Notes: generated by a model from the letters alone, not told the origin. A DNA stretch of 64,000 nt from Candidatus Multivorans sp. (GCA_965247095.1 OZ251997.1:3168001-3232000), one strand, 5' to 3'; shown: positions 20,440-31,100, counted from the first letter of the stretch. Made by a program: numbers and translations.

Positions 20440-21464
20440 GCCTGATCGGCAACTGACTGGTCCGGCACGACCGCCACGATCAGGCCGCCGAAGGGTGTAC
20501 CGCGCTCGGACTCCCCTCCGAACGCCTCGAAGCTCTCCACTTCCAGGCTGCGGCCTTCGAAGAAGTCCAGCGCCTGCTGACGCGCGGGCGCGGCGGTCGA
20601 GATGCCGAAGTGCATGCTCTCGCCGTAGAACGACTTCAAGGCGTACTTCATGTAGTTCCCGATCACGGCGTAAGGCTTTCGGCCGAACACGAGTTCCCGG
20701 CTGAAGAAGTCGAAGGCGATGCGCGACCCGGGAGCGAGTCCGGCGACTTCGGCCAGCGTCTTGTCGACGGCCGCGTCGTCGAGGTACATCGTCACGCCTT
20801 CCCAGAGGATGAAGGTCGGCAAGTCCTGGTCGAACCCGTGTTCCGTCAGGGACTCCAGCCAGGACTGCTGGTTGAAGTCGGTCGGTGCAAGGGTGACGTG
20901 GCTGTACTCGACGCCGGCGGCTTTGAGGGCGCGCACCTTGGCCTCTTGCGTTGGCGGCTCGTCGACCTCGAAGATCTTCACGCCGCTGCCGCCCGGATCG
21001 GCGCCGTCCGGCAGCGGGCCGTACGCGCGCGTGTCCCAGCCGGCGCCGAGGACGACGAACTGGCGGATCGGGCTGTCCGCTCCAACCGCGGCAGCAATGG
21101 CGCTGTCGAAGAAGTGCGTGCGATGGCTGATGAAGGTCATCAACGTCGACGGCCGCGGGCCGGGATAGGCGAAGAACGAGCCCCGGAAACCGCTCCACCG
21201 CGCTGCTAAGGCCACGGTCTTCATCAGCAGCCGCATGACCAGGGGCGACAGCGCCGGCAGGTGCGGGGCGATGCGTTCAGCAACAGCGTCGCTCCGGTTC
21301 CCAATCATCTGAAGCACCAGACGGGCCATGTAGGGCTCGTACGCGGTGCCGGAGATGCCCCGCGGCATGTTCACGAAACGGACCTTGAAGGCAAAGGCCA
21401 GCGTTCCGATGAGCTGGAGGGGGGAGAAGAGGACCTCCAGCAGGGCGAAAACCAGAACTCTCAC
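20436..21464 (-). CDS. SAM-dependent methyltransferase (LCM/MTase type)
   Basis: RTHFFD, QFVVLGAGWDTRA, FEVD, WEGVTMYL. Confidence 0.9.
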   Translation of the reverse strand: MRVLVFALLEVLFSPLQLIGTLAFAFKVRFVNMPRGISGTAYEPYMARLVLQMIGNRSDAVAERIAPHLPALSPLVMRLLMKTVALAARWSGFRGSFFAYPGPRPSTLMTFISHRTHFFDSAIAAAVGADSPIRQFVVLGAGWDTRAYGPLPDGADPGGSGVKIFEVDEPPTQEAKVRALKAAGVEYSHVTLAPTDFNQQSWLESLTEHGFDQDLPTFILWEGVTMYLDDAAVDKTLAEVAGLAPGSRIAFDFFSRELVFGRKPYAVIGNYMKYALKSFYGESMHFGISTAAPARQQALDFFEGRSLEVESFEAFGGESERGTPFGGLIVAVVPDQSVADQA

Positions 21465-22489
21465 TGGTTGCTCTCCTCGGGCGACTTGAGGCTCTGGTCG
21501 TCGAGCCCGTCGATGAACTCGGTGATGACTTGCACGACCTCTTCCTGGTGCGACACCGGCATCATGTGATCCGCCCCGTCGATGAGATGCACCTGCGCGT
21601 TGGGCACACTATCCGCCAGGAATCGGGCGTGCTCGACCGGAACGGCCGCGTCCGCCGTGCCGTGGATCGCCAGGGTCGGAACCTGAATGTCGGCGAGGGG
21701 CAGGTCCAGGGCGTCGAACTGCTCCTCGTCGTTCGCCAGACCGTCGCCACGCAGCGATGGTGGCCAGAGCGACCACATCAGACCTTCGAACGCGGCGACC
21801 TTCTCTTCGTCCTCGAGCACGAGTCGCCGGTTCTCGGGATCCGGCACGAACATCTCCAGCAGACCCTCGGTACCGACGGCACGTCTGAGCAAGCTCAGGG
21901 ACAGCCACGCCGTGAAGTCGCCGCTGAGGAACGCTGGGGCCGGGATCTCCGGAAGGTCGCTGTTGCTCACCGCCTCCAGCGCGATGAGAGCCCGAGCCCG
22001 GTCCGGGTACGCCGCAGCGAAGGTCATCGACGAAGGCCCGCCGCCGGAGAGCCCCATGATGACGACCTCGTCGATCGACAGAGCATCGAGCAGCGCAACG
22101 TACGCGTCCGCCTGCTCGCGCGGAGTCCGGCCGGCGCTGATCGGCGTGCGGAGGTAGCCCGGACGGGACGGGGCAAGGACCTGGAAGCTGTCCAGTCCGA
22201 AGCGCTGGTCGTACCCGCCCGGCGTCCCGTGAACGAAGAGCACGACCTGGTCGCCGTCTCCCTCCAGGACGTACTCGATGGGACCGGCCCGGGTCTCGAT
22301 CACCTGGCTTCCTGATCGGAGCTCCTCCAGGCGGTCGCTGCGGAAGGAGTTGTAGGAGAACCCGGCGAGCGCGACGAGCGCGACGACCAGGGCCGAGCCG
22401 CCGAGCAGGAGTCCCTTAGCGATCCGCCACAGGTTGGAGCGTGGGCTTGCTCTGCCCGGCGAGCCTCCTGCTGTCTGGCCGATGGTCAT
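21461..22489 (-). CDS. Membrane-anchored alpha/beta hydrolase
   Basis: HGTPGG, GLSGGG nucleophile elbow, HGTAD, GADH. Confidence 0.9.
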   Translation of the reverse strand: MTIGQTAGGSPGRASPRSNLWRIAKGLLLGGSALVVALVALAGFSYNSFRSDRLEELRSGSQVIETRAGPIEYVLEGDGDQVVLFVHGTPGGYDQRFGLDSFQVLAPSRPGYLRTPISAGRTPREQADAYVALLDALSIDEVVIMGLSGGGPSSMTFAAAYPDRARALIALEAVSNSDLPEIPAPAFLSGDFTAWLSLSLLRRAVGTEGLLEMFVPDPENRRLVLEDEEKVAAFEGLMWSLWPPSLRGDGLANDEEQFDALDLPLADIQVPTLAIHGTADAAVPVEHARFLADSVPNAQVHLIDGADHMMPVSHQEEVVQVITEFIDGLDDQSLKSPEESNQ

Positions 22490-22579
22490 CGCCGCCGCCT
22501 CCCCCAGCCCTGGCCGCCAGGGCCCGATGTCGCCGGGAGCCTAGCCGGCAAACCAGAGAGCAAGCTCACTCGGCCCCGA

Positions 22580-22625
22580 TTGACAGCGTTGAGGGCAGTT
22601 CTTACGATTGCTGTCATTGACAGCA
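22580..22625 (+). promoter_or_regulatory. Sigma-70 promoter with palindromic operator of the FitA-like/VapC operon
   Basis: TTGACA(22580)-N17-TACGAT(22603), followed by perfect inverted repeat TGCTGTCA-T-TGACAGCA (22609-22625). Confidence 0.75.
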
Positions 22626-22660
22626 CCACCATGAAGGCTCGAAGAGAAGGAGTCGCCGTC

Positions 22661-22897
22661 ATGCCGCAACTGACCGTTCGCAACGTACCCGCGCAGGTGG
22701 TCGCCGCACTCAAGACCCAGGCAGCCGCGAGCGGCCGGTCTGCGGAGGCCGAACATAGGGACATTCTCCATCGCGCCCTCCTGGCTGACGGCAGCGACTT
22801 CGCCGCCCGCGCCGCAGCGATGCGACGACGCGTCCGCTCAACCGTCGACAGCACCGACACGATTCGGGAGGAACGCGACCGGGACAGCGGCCTGTGA
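22661..22897 (+). CDS. FitA-like ribbon-helix-helix antitoxin
   Basis: MPQLTVRNVPAQVVAALKTQAAASGRSAEAEHRDIL; AAGGAG RBS. Confidence 0.88.
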   Translation: MPQLTVRNVPAQVVAALKTQAAASGRSAEAEHRDILHRALLADGSDFAARAAAMRRRVRSTVDSTDTIREERDRDSGL

Positions 22898-23328
22898 AGG
22901 GCTGCGTCGTCGATGCCAGCGTCGCCGTGAAGTGGCTCGTGGACGAGAAGCACTCCAAAGAAGCATCGAGCCTGCTCGCCGCCGGCACGACGCTGCTGGC
23001 GCCGGAGCTGCTGTTCGCCGAAGCGACGAACGCCCCCTGGGCCATGTGCCGCCGCGGCGACATCGACCGCGACGCCTTGGCGGACGCCGTCGCTCTGTTG
23101 CGGAGAGCCCCTGTGGCGACGCCGGTGCCCATGCGCCAACTCGCTAGCGCTGCCGCGCGACTAAGCGTCGATCTGGACCACCCGACCTACGACTGCTTCT
23201 ACCTCGCCCTCGCGCTTCACGAACAGCATCCCGTCGTCACCGCGGACTCGCGCTTCCTCAAGAAGGTGCAGGATCATCCCTACCTGACCGACGCGATCCG
23301 GCACGTGGCGGAAGTCGGCCGGAGTTGA
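22894..23328 (+). CDS. vapC: PIN domain toxin (VapC family)
   Basis: VVDASVAVKWLVDE, E..N, YDCFYLALA, VTAD; GTGA overlap with the antitoxin. Confidence 0.9.
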   Translation: MKGCVVDASVAVKWLVDEKHSKEASSLLAAGTTLLAPELLFAEATNAPWAMCRRGDIDRDALADAVALLRRAPVATPVPMRQLASAAARLSVDLDHPTYDCFYLALALHEQHPVVTADSRFLKKVQDHPYLTDAIRHVAEVGRS

Positions 23329-23373
23329 CGCCGAAGACGCTTGAACGCCGCCGCAAAGCACGGCCCTAGAGGC

Positions 23374-23507
23374 TTGCGCGGCAGAACGATCCGACCTGGG
23401 AACCCGGGTGGCGCGATCCGCGCCACCCGCGAACCACTCCGTGCGCCCGTCATCGGGCGGACGGAGGGCACGCGGGCATCCCGCCCGCATCCGGCGCGAA
23501 GCGCCGG
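23374..23507 (-). repeat. REP-like family A, long form with flanking extensions (core 23395-23494)
   Basis: Reverse complement aligns with 28015-28148. Confidence 0.9.
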
Positions 23508-23635
23508 CCTCCGGTAGTTCTGCCGCGCCAGAGCACATACTTGTAGCGCACTCCGAGATAACTTGACTACTTCGGAGCACACTCCAAATCGGGCGAGCTT
23601 GACGGTGTCGATATCGAGGACCAGTCTGGAGCCTA

Positions 23636-24854
23636 GTGCCGTGTCACTCGTCCTAGGTCGCATGAATCGTAGTAGGTTCCTTGCCGTTCGACGACGGCAA
23701 GGAGTCTGGCATGAAGCGGTATGTGGTGGAGTTGGAGGAGCAGGAGCGCGAGGCGTTGGCGACGACTACGCGCAAGGGTTCGCATCGGTCGCAGAAGGTG
23801 ATCAACGCCTTGATTCTGCTCAACTGCGACGAGGGCGAGTTCAACGGGCGTCGGACGACCGGCGAGACGATCGCCGGGGTCTTGCGGATCAGTGCGCGCA
23901 AGGTGGATCGTGTGAAGAGGCGGTTTGTGGAGGACGGTCTGGAGGCGGCGCTCGGGAGTCGGCAGGGGCGTCGTCCCAAGTACCTGCGCAAGGCGGATGG
24001 CGAGTTCGAGGCGCGGCTGATCGCGCTCAGTTGCGGAGAGCCGCCCGAAGGGCATTCGCAGTGGTCTCTGCGTCTGTTGGCGGACCGTGCGGTGGAGCTC
24101 GGCTATATCGACAGCGTCTCGCACGAGACGGTGCGGCGGGTGCTAAAAAAAACGCTCTCAAACCGTGGCGCCGCGTCGGCTGGGTGATTCCGCCGCAATG
24201 CAACGCCGACTTCGCGGCGAACATGGAGCGGGTGCTCGACGTCTATCGGCGTCCGCACGACGCGAACTTCCCGGTGGTGTGCATGGACGAGACGCCGCGG
24301 CAGTTGATCGCCGAGACACGCGCGCCCATCCCGCCGGCCCCTGGACGGGAGGTCCGCGAAGACTACGAGTACCGACGCTGCGGCGCCTGCAACGTGTTCA
24401 TGGCGACCGAACCGCTGGCCGGGCGGCGTCTGACCAAGGTCACCGAGCGCAGGACCAAGACCGACTGGGCGCGTTTCCTGGAAGACATCGCCGGGCAGTA
24501 TCCCGACGCCACCCGAATCACGCTGGTGATGGACAACCTCAACACGCACCGCCCCGGCGCGCTCTACGAGACCTTCGACCCGGCCAGGGCCAAGGCGCTG
24601 TGGGACCGCTTCGAGTTCGTCTATACCCCCAAGCACGGCAGTTGGCTGAACGTCGCCGAGGTCGAACTCAGCGTGATGATCCGCCAGTGCCTCAACCGCC
24701 GCATCGACTCCATCGACACCCTACGCGCCGAAGTCGGCGCCTGGCAGGCCGCCAGAGACCGGATCCAAGCCAAGGTCAACTGGCACTTCACCACCGACGA
24801 CGCTCGCGTCAAACTCAAGCGCCTCTATCCGACTTTTGACGAGTGACACGGCAC
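23636..24854 (+). mobile_element. IS630 family insertion sequence
   Basis: Perfect 17-bp inverted repeats GTGCCGTGTCACTCGTC, TA duplication within CTAG, two overlapping ORFs with an A8 slippery run at 24145-24152. Confidence 0.95.
23711..24846 (+). CDS. IS630 transposase expressed via -1 frameshift (HTH ORF 23711-24187 plus DDE ORF to 24846)
   Basis: WSLRLLAD..VSHETVRRVLKK then KNALKPW..VVCMDE..MDNLNTH..YTPKHGSWLNVAEVE. Confidence 0.92.
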
Positions 24855-24878
24855 TAGTCTGTTTGAGAGGGCGAACCG

Positions 24879-25139
24879 ATGGACAACGTGTGGCAGGTGC
24901 AGGATGCGAAGGCGCGCTTCAGCGAGTTCCTGGAGACGAGCGTGGCCGAAGGACCGCAGATCGTCACGAAACGCGGCGTGCCGACCGCTGTCCTGGCGCC
25001 CATCGAACAGTGGCGCAGGCTGTCGAGCGCGTCGAAGCCCGACCTCAAGGAACTACTCCTGGCGCGCGAACCGAGGACCGAGGAACTGGCCCTGCCGCGT
25101 CGCCAGTTCCGCTATCGCGACGCGCCTCGATTCGAATAG
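24879..25139 (+). CDS. Phd/YefM family antitoxin
   Basis: WQVQDAKARFSEFLETSVAEGPQIVTKRGVPTAVL. Confidence 0.9.
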   Translation: MDNVWQVQDAKARFSEFLETSVAEGPQIVTKRGVPTAVLAPIEQWRRLSSASKPDLKELLLAREPRTEELALPRRQFRYRDAPRFE

Positions 25140-25142
25140 GGG

Positions 25143-25556
25143 ATGTACCTGCTCGACACGAACGTCGTCTCGGAGTTGCGACGCAGCCGGCCGCATCCTG
25201 CGGTTCTGGAGTGGATCCGGAACGTCCCGTCGGAACGACTCCATCTGTCTGCGGTGACCGTGGGTGAGGTTCAGGGGGGAATCGAGAAGACTCGGGCGCA
25301 CGACTCTGCGAAGGCCCGCATGCTGGAGGTGTGGCTCGATCAGGTCATGACGGCGTACCCGATCCTGGCTCTGGACGGCGTGATCTTCCGGGAGTTGGGA
25401 AGGCTGAAGCACCGTCAGTCGGTTGCCTTGTCCCAGGATGCGATGATCGCTGCTGTCGCGAGGATTCACGGTCTCACCGTCGTCACGCGCAACGCCCGCG
25501 ACTTCGAGCAGTTCGGCGTAGAGATACTCGATCCGTTCGCTACGCCGGCATCTTGA
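25143..25556 (+). CDS. vapC: PIN domain toxin (VapC family)
   Basis: YLLDTNVVSE, SAVTVGE, DAMIAAVA..VVTRNARDF. Confidence 0.92.
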   Translation: MYLLDTNVVSELRRSRPHPAVLEWIRNVPSERLHLSAVTVGEVQGGIEKTRAHDSAKARMLEVWLDQVMTAYPILALDGVIFRELGRLKHRQSVALSQDAMIAAVARIHGLTVVTRNARDFEQFGVEILDPFATPAS

Positions 25557-25596
25557 TCTTCGCCTGCACGAGCGGCGCGTGACGCCGGTGTTGTTG

Positions 25597-25680
25597 GCGA
25601 CGGTCAGTCCGTGTCCAGAAGGCGAGGTCCCGGAGGAACCCGGAAGAGAAGACGGCCTCCCGAGGCCGCACTTCCGTCAC
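25597..25680 (-). pseudogene. yoeB: Truncated Txe/YoeB family toxin (first ~28 codons)
   Basis: GTGA overlap with the yefM stop; MTEVRPREAVFSSGFLRDLAFWTRTDRR then similarity ends. Confidence 0.7.
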
Positions 25681-25961
25681 TCTTCCGTGAGCCCGAACCG
25701 CGCACGAAGCTCCTCGACCGTCATCACCACGCCCTTCCCGGCTCGGATCTCCTCATCGGCTTGCCGAATCCTCTCGGCGTTCTTCGGCGAGCGAAGGAGG
25801 TACTCCGTTTCCATCCAAGCGCTCAGCTCGCTCGCCGCGATGAGAGCGACGTCCTCCTTGCCACGCCGTCTTATGTACACCGGCTCCCGCGTGTCCGTCA
25901 CCTGATCCATCAGCGTGGCGAGGTTCTGGCGCGCGCCGGTGTAGGTGGTTTCTCTGATCAT
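25677..25961 (-). CDS. yefM: YefM/Phd family antitoxin
   Basis: TYTGARQNLATLMDQV..EPVYIRRRG..ETEYLLRSPKNAERI. Confidence 0.9.
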   Translation of the reverse strand: MIRETTYTGARQNLATLMDQVTDTREPVYIRRRGKEDVALIAASELSAWMETEYLLRSPKNAERIRQADEEIRAGKGVVMTVEELRARFGLTEE

Positions 25962-26160
25962 GTGGTTGCTCCGACCTTGCCCTCGGAACGCGCGAATCCT
26001 GCTCGTGTCCGGGCAGTGTTTCGGGGACGACCGCCGCGGATCTCGGCGAGACGTACATGGATTCTGTACCGCTACGGCCGCCCGCGCAAGCGGGCCGCAG
26101 CGCCTCACTGCGGGCAGCCGGCGGAGAAGCCGGCGCATCCAGTGGTTGCCGTCGGCGGCA

Positions 26161-27939
26161 CTACCCCTGCTGCTCGATCCACCAGTCGATGTGCTCTTCC
26201 AGCACCACCATCGGCATGGCGCCGCTACCGATCACGGCGGCGTGGAAGGCCTTGAGGTCGAACTGGTCGCCGAGCCCGTCTTCGGCCTTCTTGCGCAGGC
26301 GGAGGATCTCGAGGTTGCCGATGCGGTAGGCGAGCGCCTGGCCGTGGATGTCGGCTGAGTAGCGGAGGAGTTCGGTGGCAATCTCGACGTCGGAGTAGAC
26401 GACCCGCGCGCTCATGAACTCGCGGGCGCGCTCGAGGTCCCAGCCCAGGTGGTTCATGCCCGTGTCGATCACCAGCCGGCACGAAATGAACATCTCCATG
26501 ACCAGGCGCCCGTAGAGGTCGCACGGGTCCTTATACATGCCCATCTCCTTGCCCAGGTTGGCGGCGTACTCGGCCCAGCCTTCGGTGAAGGCGCCGTACC
26601 CGATCGTCTCGCGCCGGAACCGGGGCAGGTCCTCGCGCTCGTTCGCCAGCGCGAGCTGGAAGTGGTGTCCGGGGATCAGCTCGTGGTAGATCAGCCCCTG
26701 GGCCGAGAACAGGGACCGGTTCTCCAGGTCGGAGCCGTTGTAGCGGTACTCGCCGCGCGGGTTGGCCACGGTCGGGAGCTGGTAGACGCCGAAGGTCATC
26801 GTCGCTTCCGAGGTCTCGTCGAGCCGGCGGACGCCGTACGGCGCTTCCGGCAGAGCCTCGAAGTAGTCGGCGACGCGGGGCTCGATCTTCTCGATGTAGC
26901 CCATGTACCGCTCTTCGACCTCCTCGGCCGAGCTGGCGACGAAGCGCGGGTCGGCTCGCACCTGGTCGAGGAACTCCTTCATTGCGGTCTCCTCGGAGCT
27001 GGCCATAAAACCGATCTGCTCCCGTAGCGCCGCCATCTCTGTTTCGAGCCGCGCCACCTCTTCCAGGCCGATCTCGTGGATCTCCTCGGGCGAGAGGTCG
27101 GTCGTCGTGTGCATGCGAACGCGGTGGAGGTAGAGATCGCGTCCGCCGGGCACGCCTCCCAGTCCCACCTGCTCGGGCGCCGCCTCCAGGTAGTCGTCGC
27201 CGAGTTCGGCGATCAAGCGAGTGAATTCGCTGTCGATAGCCGTTTCGATCTTCTGCCGGACTTCGGCCAGGAAGCCCTCCGCCCCGTCGCCGACGCGGTC
27301 CGGGCCGGGCAGGAACAACTTTTCGAGACGACCGCGGTACCCCTCGAACATGCCGACGACGTTGGGGACCTGGGCCTTCGGTAGATAGATGCCGCGCTCC
27401 TTCTGCCCCTCAACCTTGTCGGCGAGCTGCCCGATGGTCTGCCCATACTCGCCGAGCAGGTGAAGGTAGTGAGCCCTCTCCTCGTCGGTTCCCAGTGGAG
27501 CGGCACCCAGCACCTGGTGGAGGATGTCCAGGACGAACCCCCCGGCGGCATAGGGCGTGATGTTGAAGTCCGCCCAGTAGTGCTCCGGCGCCTTGATCAG
27601 GAGGCCGAGATTCCAACGCAGCAGCTCCAGCGAGATCCAGTCCTCGTGGTCGATCGCCTGCTCGTCGATGTCCGCCAGCCGGTCGAGGAGGTTCTGCGCG
27701 AAGGCCGCGTTCGCCTCGGCCGCCTCCAGCGTCGAGTCCGGGAACTCCGTCACCGTCTCGCCGCGCCGGAATCTGATGTACGGGCTCTGGTCGGCGGCGA
27801 ACGCCGCGTACTCGTCGCCGACGGACGCGATGAGCGCCGATGAACCAGGGCCGGCGGCCTCCCCATCCGTGGTCCGCGCGCCGCAAGCCGGCAGCAGAAG
27901 GACGACGAGCAAGGCAGCGAAGATCGATATCCGTTTCAT
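26161..27939 (-). CDS. DUF885 family lipoprotein (putative metallopeptidase)
   Basis: LPAC lipobox, HEIGLEEV, YHELIPGHHFQ, AFTEGWAEYA, RLVIDTG, GQALAY. Confidence 0.9.
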   Translation of the reverse strand: MKRISIFAALLVVLLLPACGARTTDGEAAGPGSSALIASVGDEYAAFAADQSPYIRFRRGETVTEFPDSTLEAAEANAAFAQNLLDRLADIDEQAIDHEDWISLELLRWNLGLLIKAPEHYWADFNITPYAAGGFVLDILHQVLGAAPLGTDEERAHYLHLLGEYGQTIGQLADKVEGQKERGIYLPKAQVPNVVGMFEGYRGRLEKLFLPGPDRVGDGAEGFLAEVRQKIETAIDSEFTRLIAELGDDYLEAAPEQVGLGGVPGGRDLYLHRVRMHTTTDLSPEEIHEIGLEEVARLETEMAALREQIGFMASSEETAMKEFLDQVRADPRFVASSAEEVEERYMGYIEKIEPRVADYFEALPEAPYGVRRLDETSEATMTFGVYQLPTVANPRGEYRYNGSDLENRSLFSAQGLIYHELIPGHHFQLALANEREDLPRFRRETIGYGAFTEGWAEYAANLGKEMGMYKDPCDLYGRLVMEMFISCRLVIDTGMNHLGWDLERAREFMSARVVYSDVEIATELLRYSADIHGQALAYRIGNLEILRLRKKAEDGLGDQFDLKAFHAAVIGSGAMPMVVLEEHIDWWIEQQG

Positions 27940-28014
27940 GGCTTCGAGAACCTCCTCGTCGTCACACTGTCTCATGAACTCTGCTCGGTATGGCTAGCGC
28001 CGTCTATAACCAGA

Positions 28015-28148
28015 CCGGCGCTTCGCGCCGGATGCGGGCAGGATGCCCGCGTGCCATCCGTGCGCCCGATGACGGGCGCACGGAGTGGTTCGCGGGTGCC
28101 GCGGATCGCGCCACCCGGGTTCCCAGGTCAGATCGTTCTACCGGGCAA
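28015..28148 (+). repeat. REP-like family A, long form with flanking extensions (core 28028-28127)
   Basis: Three hairpins GCGGGCA-GGA-TGCCCGC, CCGTGCGCCCG-ATGA-CGGGCGCACGG, GGTGCCGCG-GAT-CGCGCCACC; ends TTCCCAGG. Confidence 0.9.
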
Positions 28149-31100
28149 TCTCCCGAGTGCGACGGCCACTGAGGTAGAGCACCGGCACGACCAGCAGGTT
28201 CAGGAACGTCGACGTCAACAAACCTCCGAGAATGACCTGCGCCATCGGACTCAGGATCTCGTTGCCCGGGGCGCCCGCAGCCAGCACCAGCGGCACCAGC
28301 GCGAGTCCCGCGGTCAGGGCGGTCATCAGGACGGGCGCCATCCGCTCCCCCGAGCCGCGCCGCACGGCTTCGTCCAGCGGTAGCCCCTCGCCGAGCAGCC
28401 GCCGGTAGTTGCTGACCAGCAGCACGCCGTTGCGCGTGGCGATGCCGAACAGCGTGACGAAGCCGATCACGGTGGCAAGCGACAGGACGCCGTCGCCCAG
28501 AGCCACCGCGACGACGCCCCCAACGAGAGCCAGCGGGACATTGACGAGCATGATCAGGGTCTCGCGGTGACTGCCGAACTCGATGTAGAGGAGCCCGTAC
28601 ATGGCGACCAGGATGAGCACGACCAGCAGGGCCACGGTGGAGATGCGGCGGCCGGCTTCCTCGAACTGCCCACCGAAGGTCACGAAGTAGCCGGACGGCA
28701 GGTCGACCCCGGCGTCGACGGCGGCCTGCGCCCGCTCCACGGCGCCCACCAGATCGGCGCCCGTCGCGTTGGCGGTGATCATCGCCACCCGCTGCGCGTT
28801 CTCCCGCCGGATGAGCGACGGTCCGAGAGCGTGCCGGACCTCCGCCACGGCGCCCAGCCGAACCAGGTCCCCGGCCGGCGTCGAGACCGGAAGGGCCGCG
28901 ATCTTCTCGGGCGAGGACCGGAGGCTCGGCAGCAGACGCACGGCGACATCGGACGCCAGACCCTCCTCCACGATCTCGCCAACCACCACACCCTGGAAGA
29001 GTGCTTCCACTCCCTCCCCGAGGTCCGCCAGGGCAAGCCCGTGCCGTGCCATGGCCGTGCGATCGAAGTCGATCACCAGTTGGGGAATCGCCGCCTGCTC
29101 CTGGTTCGACAGGTCGACGATGCCGGGCACCGTGCCCAGAACCTGCTCGACCCGGGAAGCGAGCGTCCGCAACACGGCCAGGTCGGGCCCGAAGACCTTG
29201 ACCGCGAGATTGGTCCGGGACCCCGACATCATGTGGTCGATCCGGTGGCTGATCGGCTGCCCGAAGGAGACGGTCGTCCCCGGGATCGTTGCCACGGCCC
29301 GGCGCATCTCGGCGACCAGTTCGTCCTTTGAGCGCCCGCCTTCGAGCGGGGCCAACACCACTTCAATCTCGGAGGCGTTGACCCCCTGCACGTGCTCGTC
29401 CTTCTCGGCGCGACCGGTCCGGCGGCTAGTCGAAACCACCTCGGGGAAGGCGAGGAGCGCCTCCTCGACCTGGCTCCCCAGCCGGTCGCTCTCGGCGAGT
29501 GGGATTCCCGGCGGGCTGACGACCGCAACAGTCAGCGATCCCTCGTTGAACGGGGGCAGGAAGCTGCGGCCCAGACCGGGTACGAGCGCGGCCACGGGCG
29601 CCACCGCCAGGACCACCAGCAACAAGACCGCCCGGCGATGCCCGAGGCACCAGTTGAGCGTCGGCGTGTACCCCGCTCGGAACGCGCGCAGGAGCCAGGG
29701 CTCCCGGGCACGCAGCGCCTTCGCCCGCCCCAGCAGCAGGAGCGCCAGCACCGGCGTGACGGTCAGCGCCACCACGAGCGAGGCCGAGAGCGCCGCGATG
29801 AAGGCGAGGCCGAGTGGGCGGAGCAGCCGGCCCTCCAACCCCGGCAGGAAGAAGATCGGCACGAAGACCAGGACGACGACCAGGGTGGCGATGAGGATCG
29901 GGCTCAGCACCTCCCTCGTCGCCGCGGCGACAACCTCGGCCGCCGGCCGGCGATCGCCCCTCGTCAGACGCCGCTCCTCCTTCAGCCGGCGGAAGATGTT
30001 CTCGATCGCGATGATCGCGTCGTCGACCAGGAGACCGACCGCGATCGAAAGGCCGCCGAGCGTCATCGTGTCGATCTGGAGGCCCAGGGCCGCGATCACC
30101 AGAATCCCTGTGACCAGGGACAGCGGAATGGCGAACGCCGAGATCAGCGTCGTCCGGACGCTGCCGAGGAACAACGCCAGGATCACGATGACCAGGATCG
30201 CGCCCCAGCGAAGCGCTTCGGAGACGTTTCCGATCGCCACCTCGATGAAGTCGGCCTGACGGAAGTTCTCGCTCTCGAGAACCACCCCCGAAGGCAAAGT
30301 CTGCTGCAGCCGGGCGAGCGCCGCGTCGATCGCCCGGGTCAGTTCGAGCGTGTTGGCCTCCGGCTGTTTCTGAACCGACAGGATGACCGCCGGGCGGTTG
30401 CGGTACGACGCCGTGCCGCGAGCCGGCTCGGCGCCCCATTCGACGGTCGCGATGTCGCCGACCCGTAGAGGGACGCCGCCCGTGACCCGAACCACAGCGG
30501 CGGCCACGTCCTCGGGGCTGCGCGCCCGGGTGAGCCCGCGGACGATGTGCTCCTGCCCGCCCTCCACGTGAAAGCCCGCCGCCAGACTGCGGCTCGCGGC
30601 GGCCACCGCCTCGATGACGTCGGTGAGGGGCAAGCCATTCTGGGCGAGAGCAGCCGGCCGGACCGTGACCTGGAGCTGACGCCGTTCGCCGCCGATGGGG
30701 ACCACCTGGGAGACGCCGGGGATCGAGAGGAGCGTGCGCCGGACCACCGTCTCGGCCACACGGCGCAGTTCCATGGCACTGACGCCGCCGTCCGCGGCCG
30801 GCGCCGCGGTCATTGCGATGAACGTGATCTCACCCATGATCGACGAGATCGGCCCGAGCTCCGGCTGCTCGGCCTGGGCCGGGAGGTCGACCCGCTGCAG
30901 GCGCTCGTTGACGACTTGGCGGGCACGGTAGATGTCGGTTCCCCAGTCGAACTCGACCCACGCCACCGAGAGCCCGTCGGCGGAGACCGAGCGCAGCCGG
31001 CGCACTCCCGGTGATCCGTTGACCGCCGACTCGACCGGGAAGGTCACCAGGAGTTCGACCTCTTCGGCCGCCATGCCGGGAGCTTCGGTGATCACGGTCA

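Noticed and set aside
23374-28148. Inverted family A copies as ends of a composite transposon
   Set aside because: The repeat is common in the window, so pairing is expected by chance; no target duplication seen
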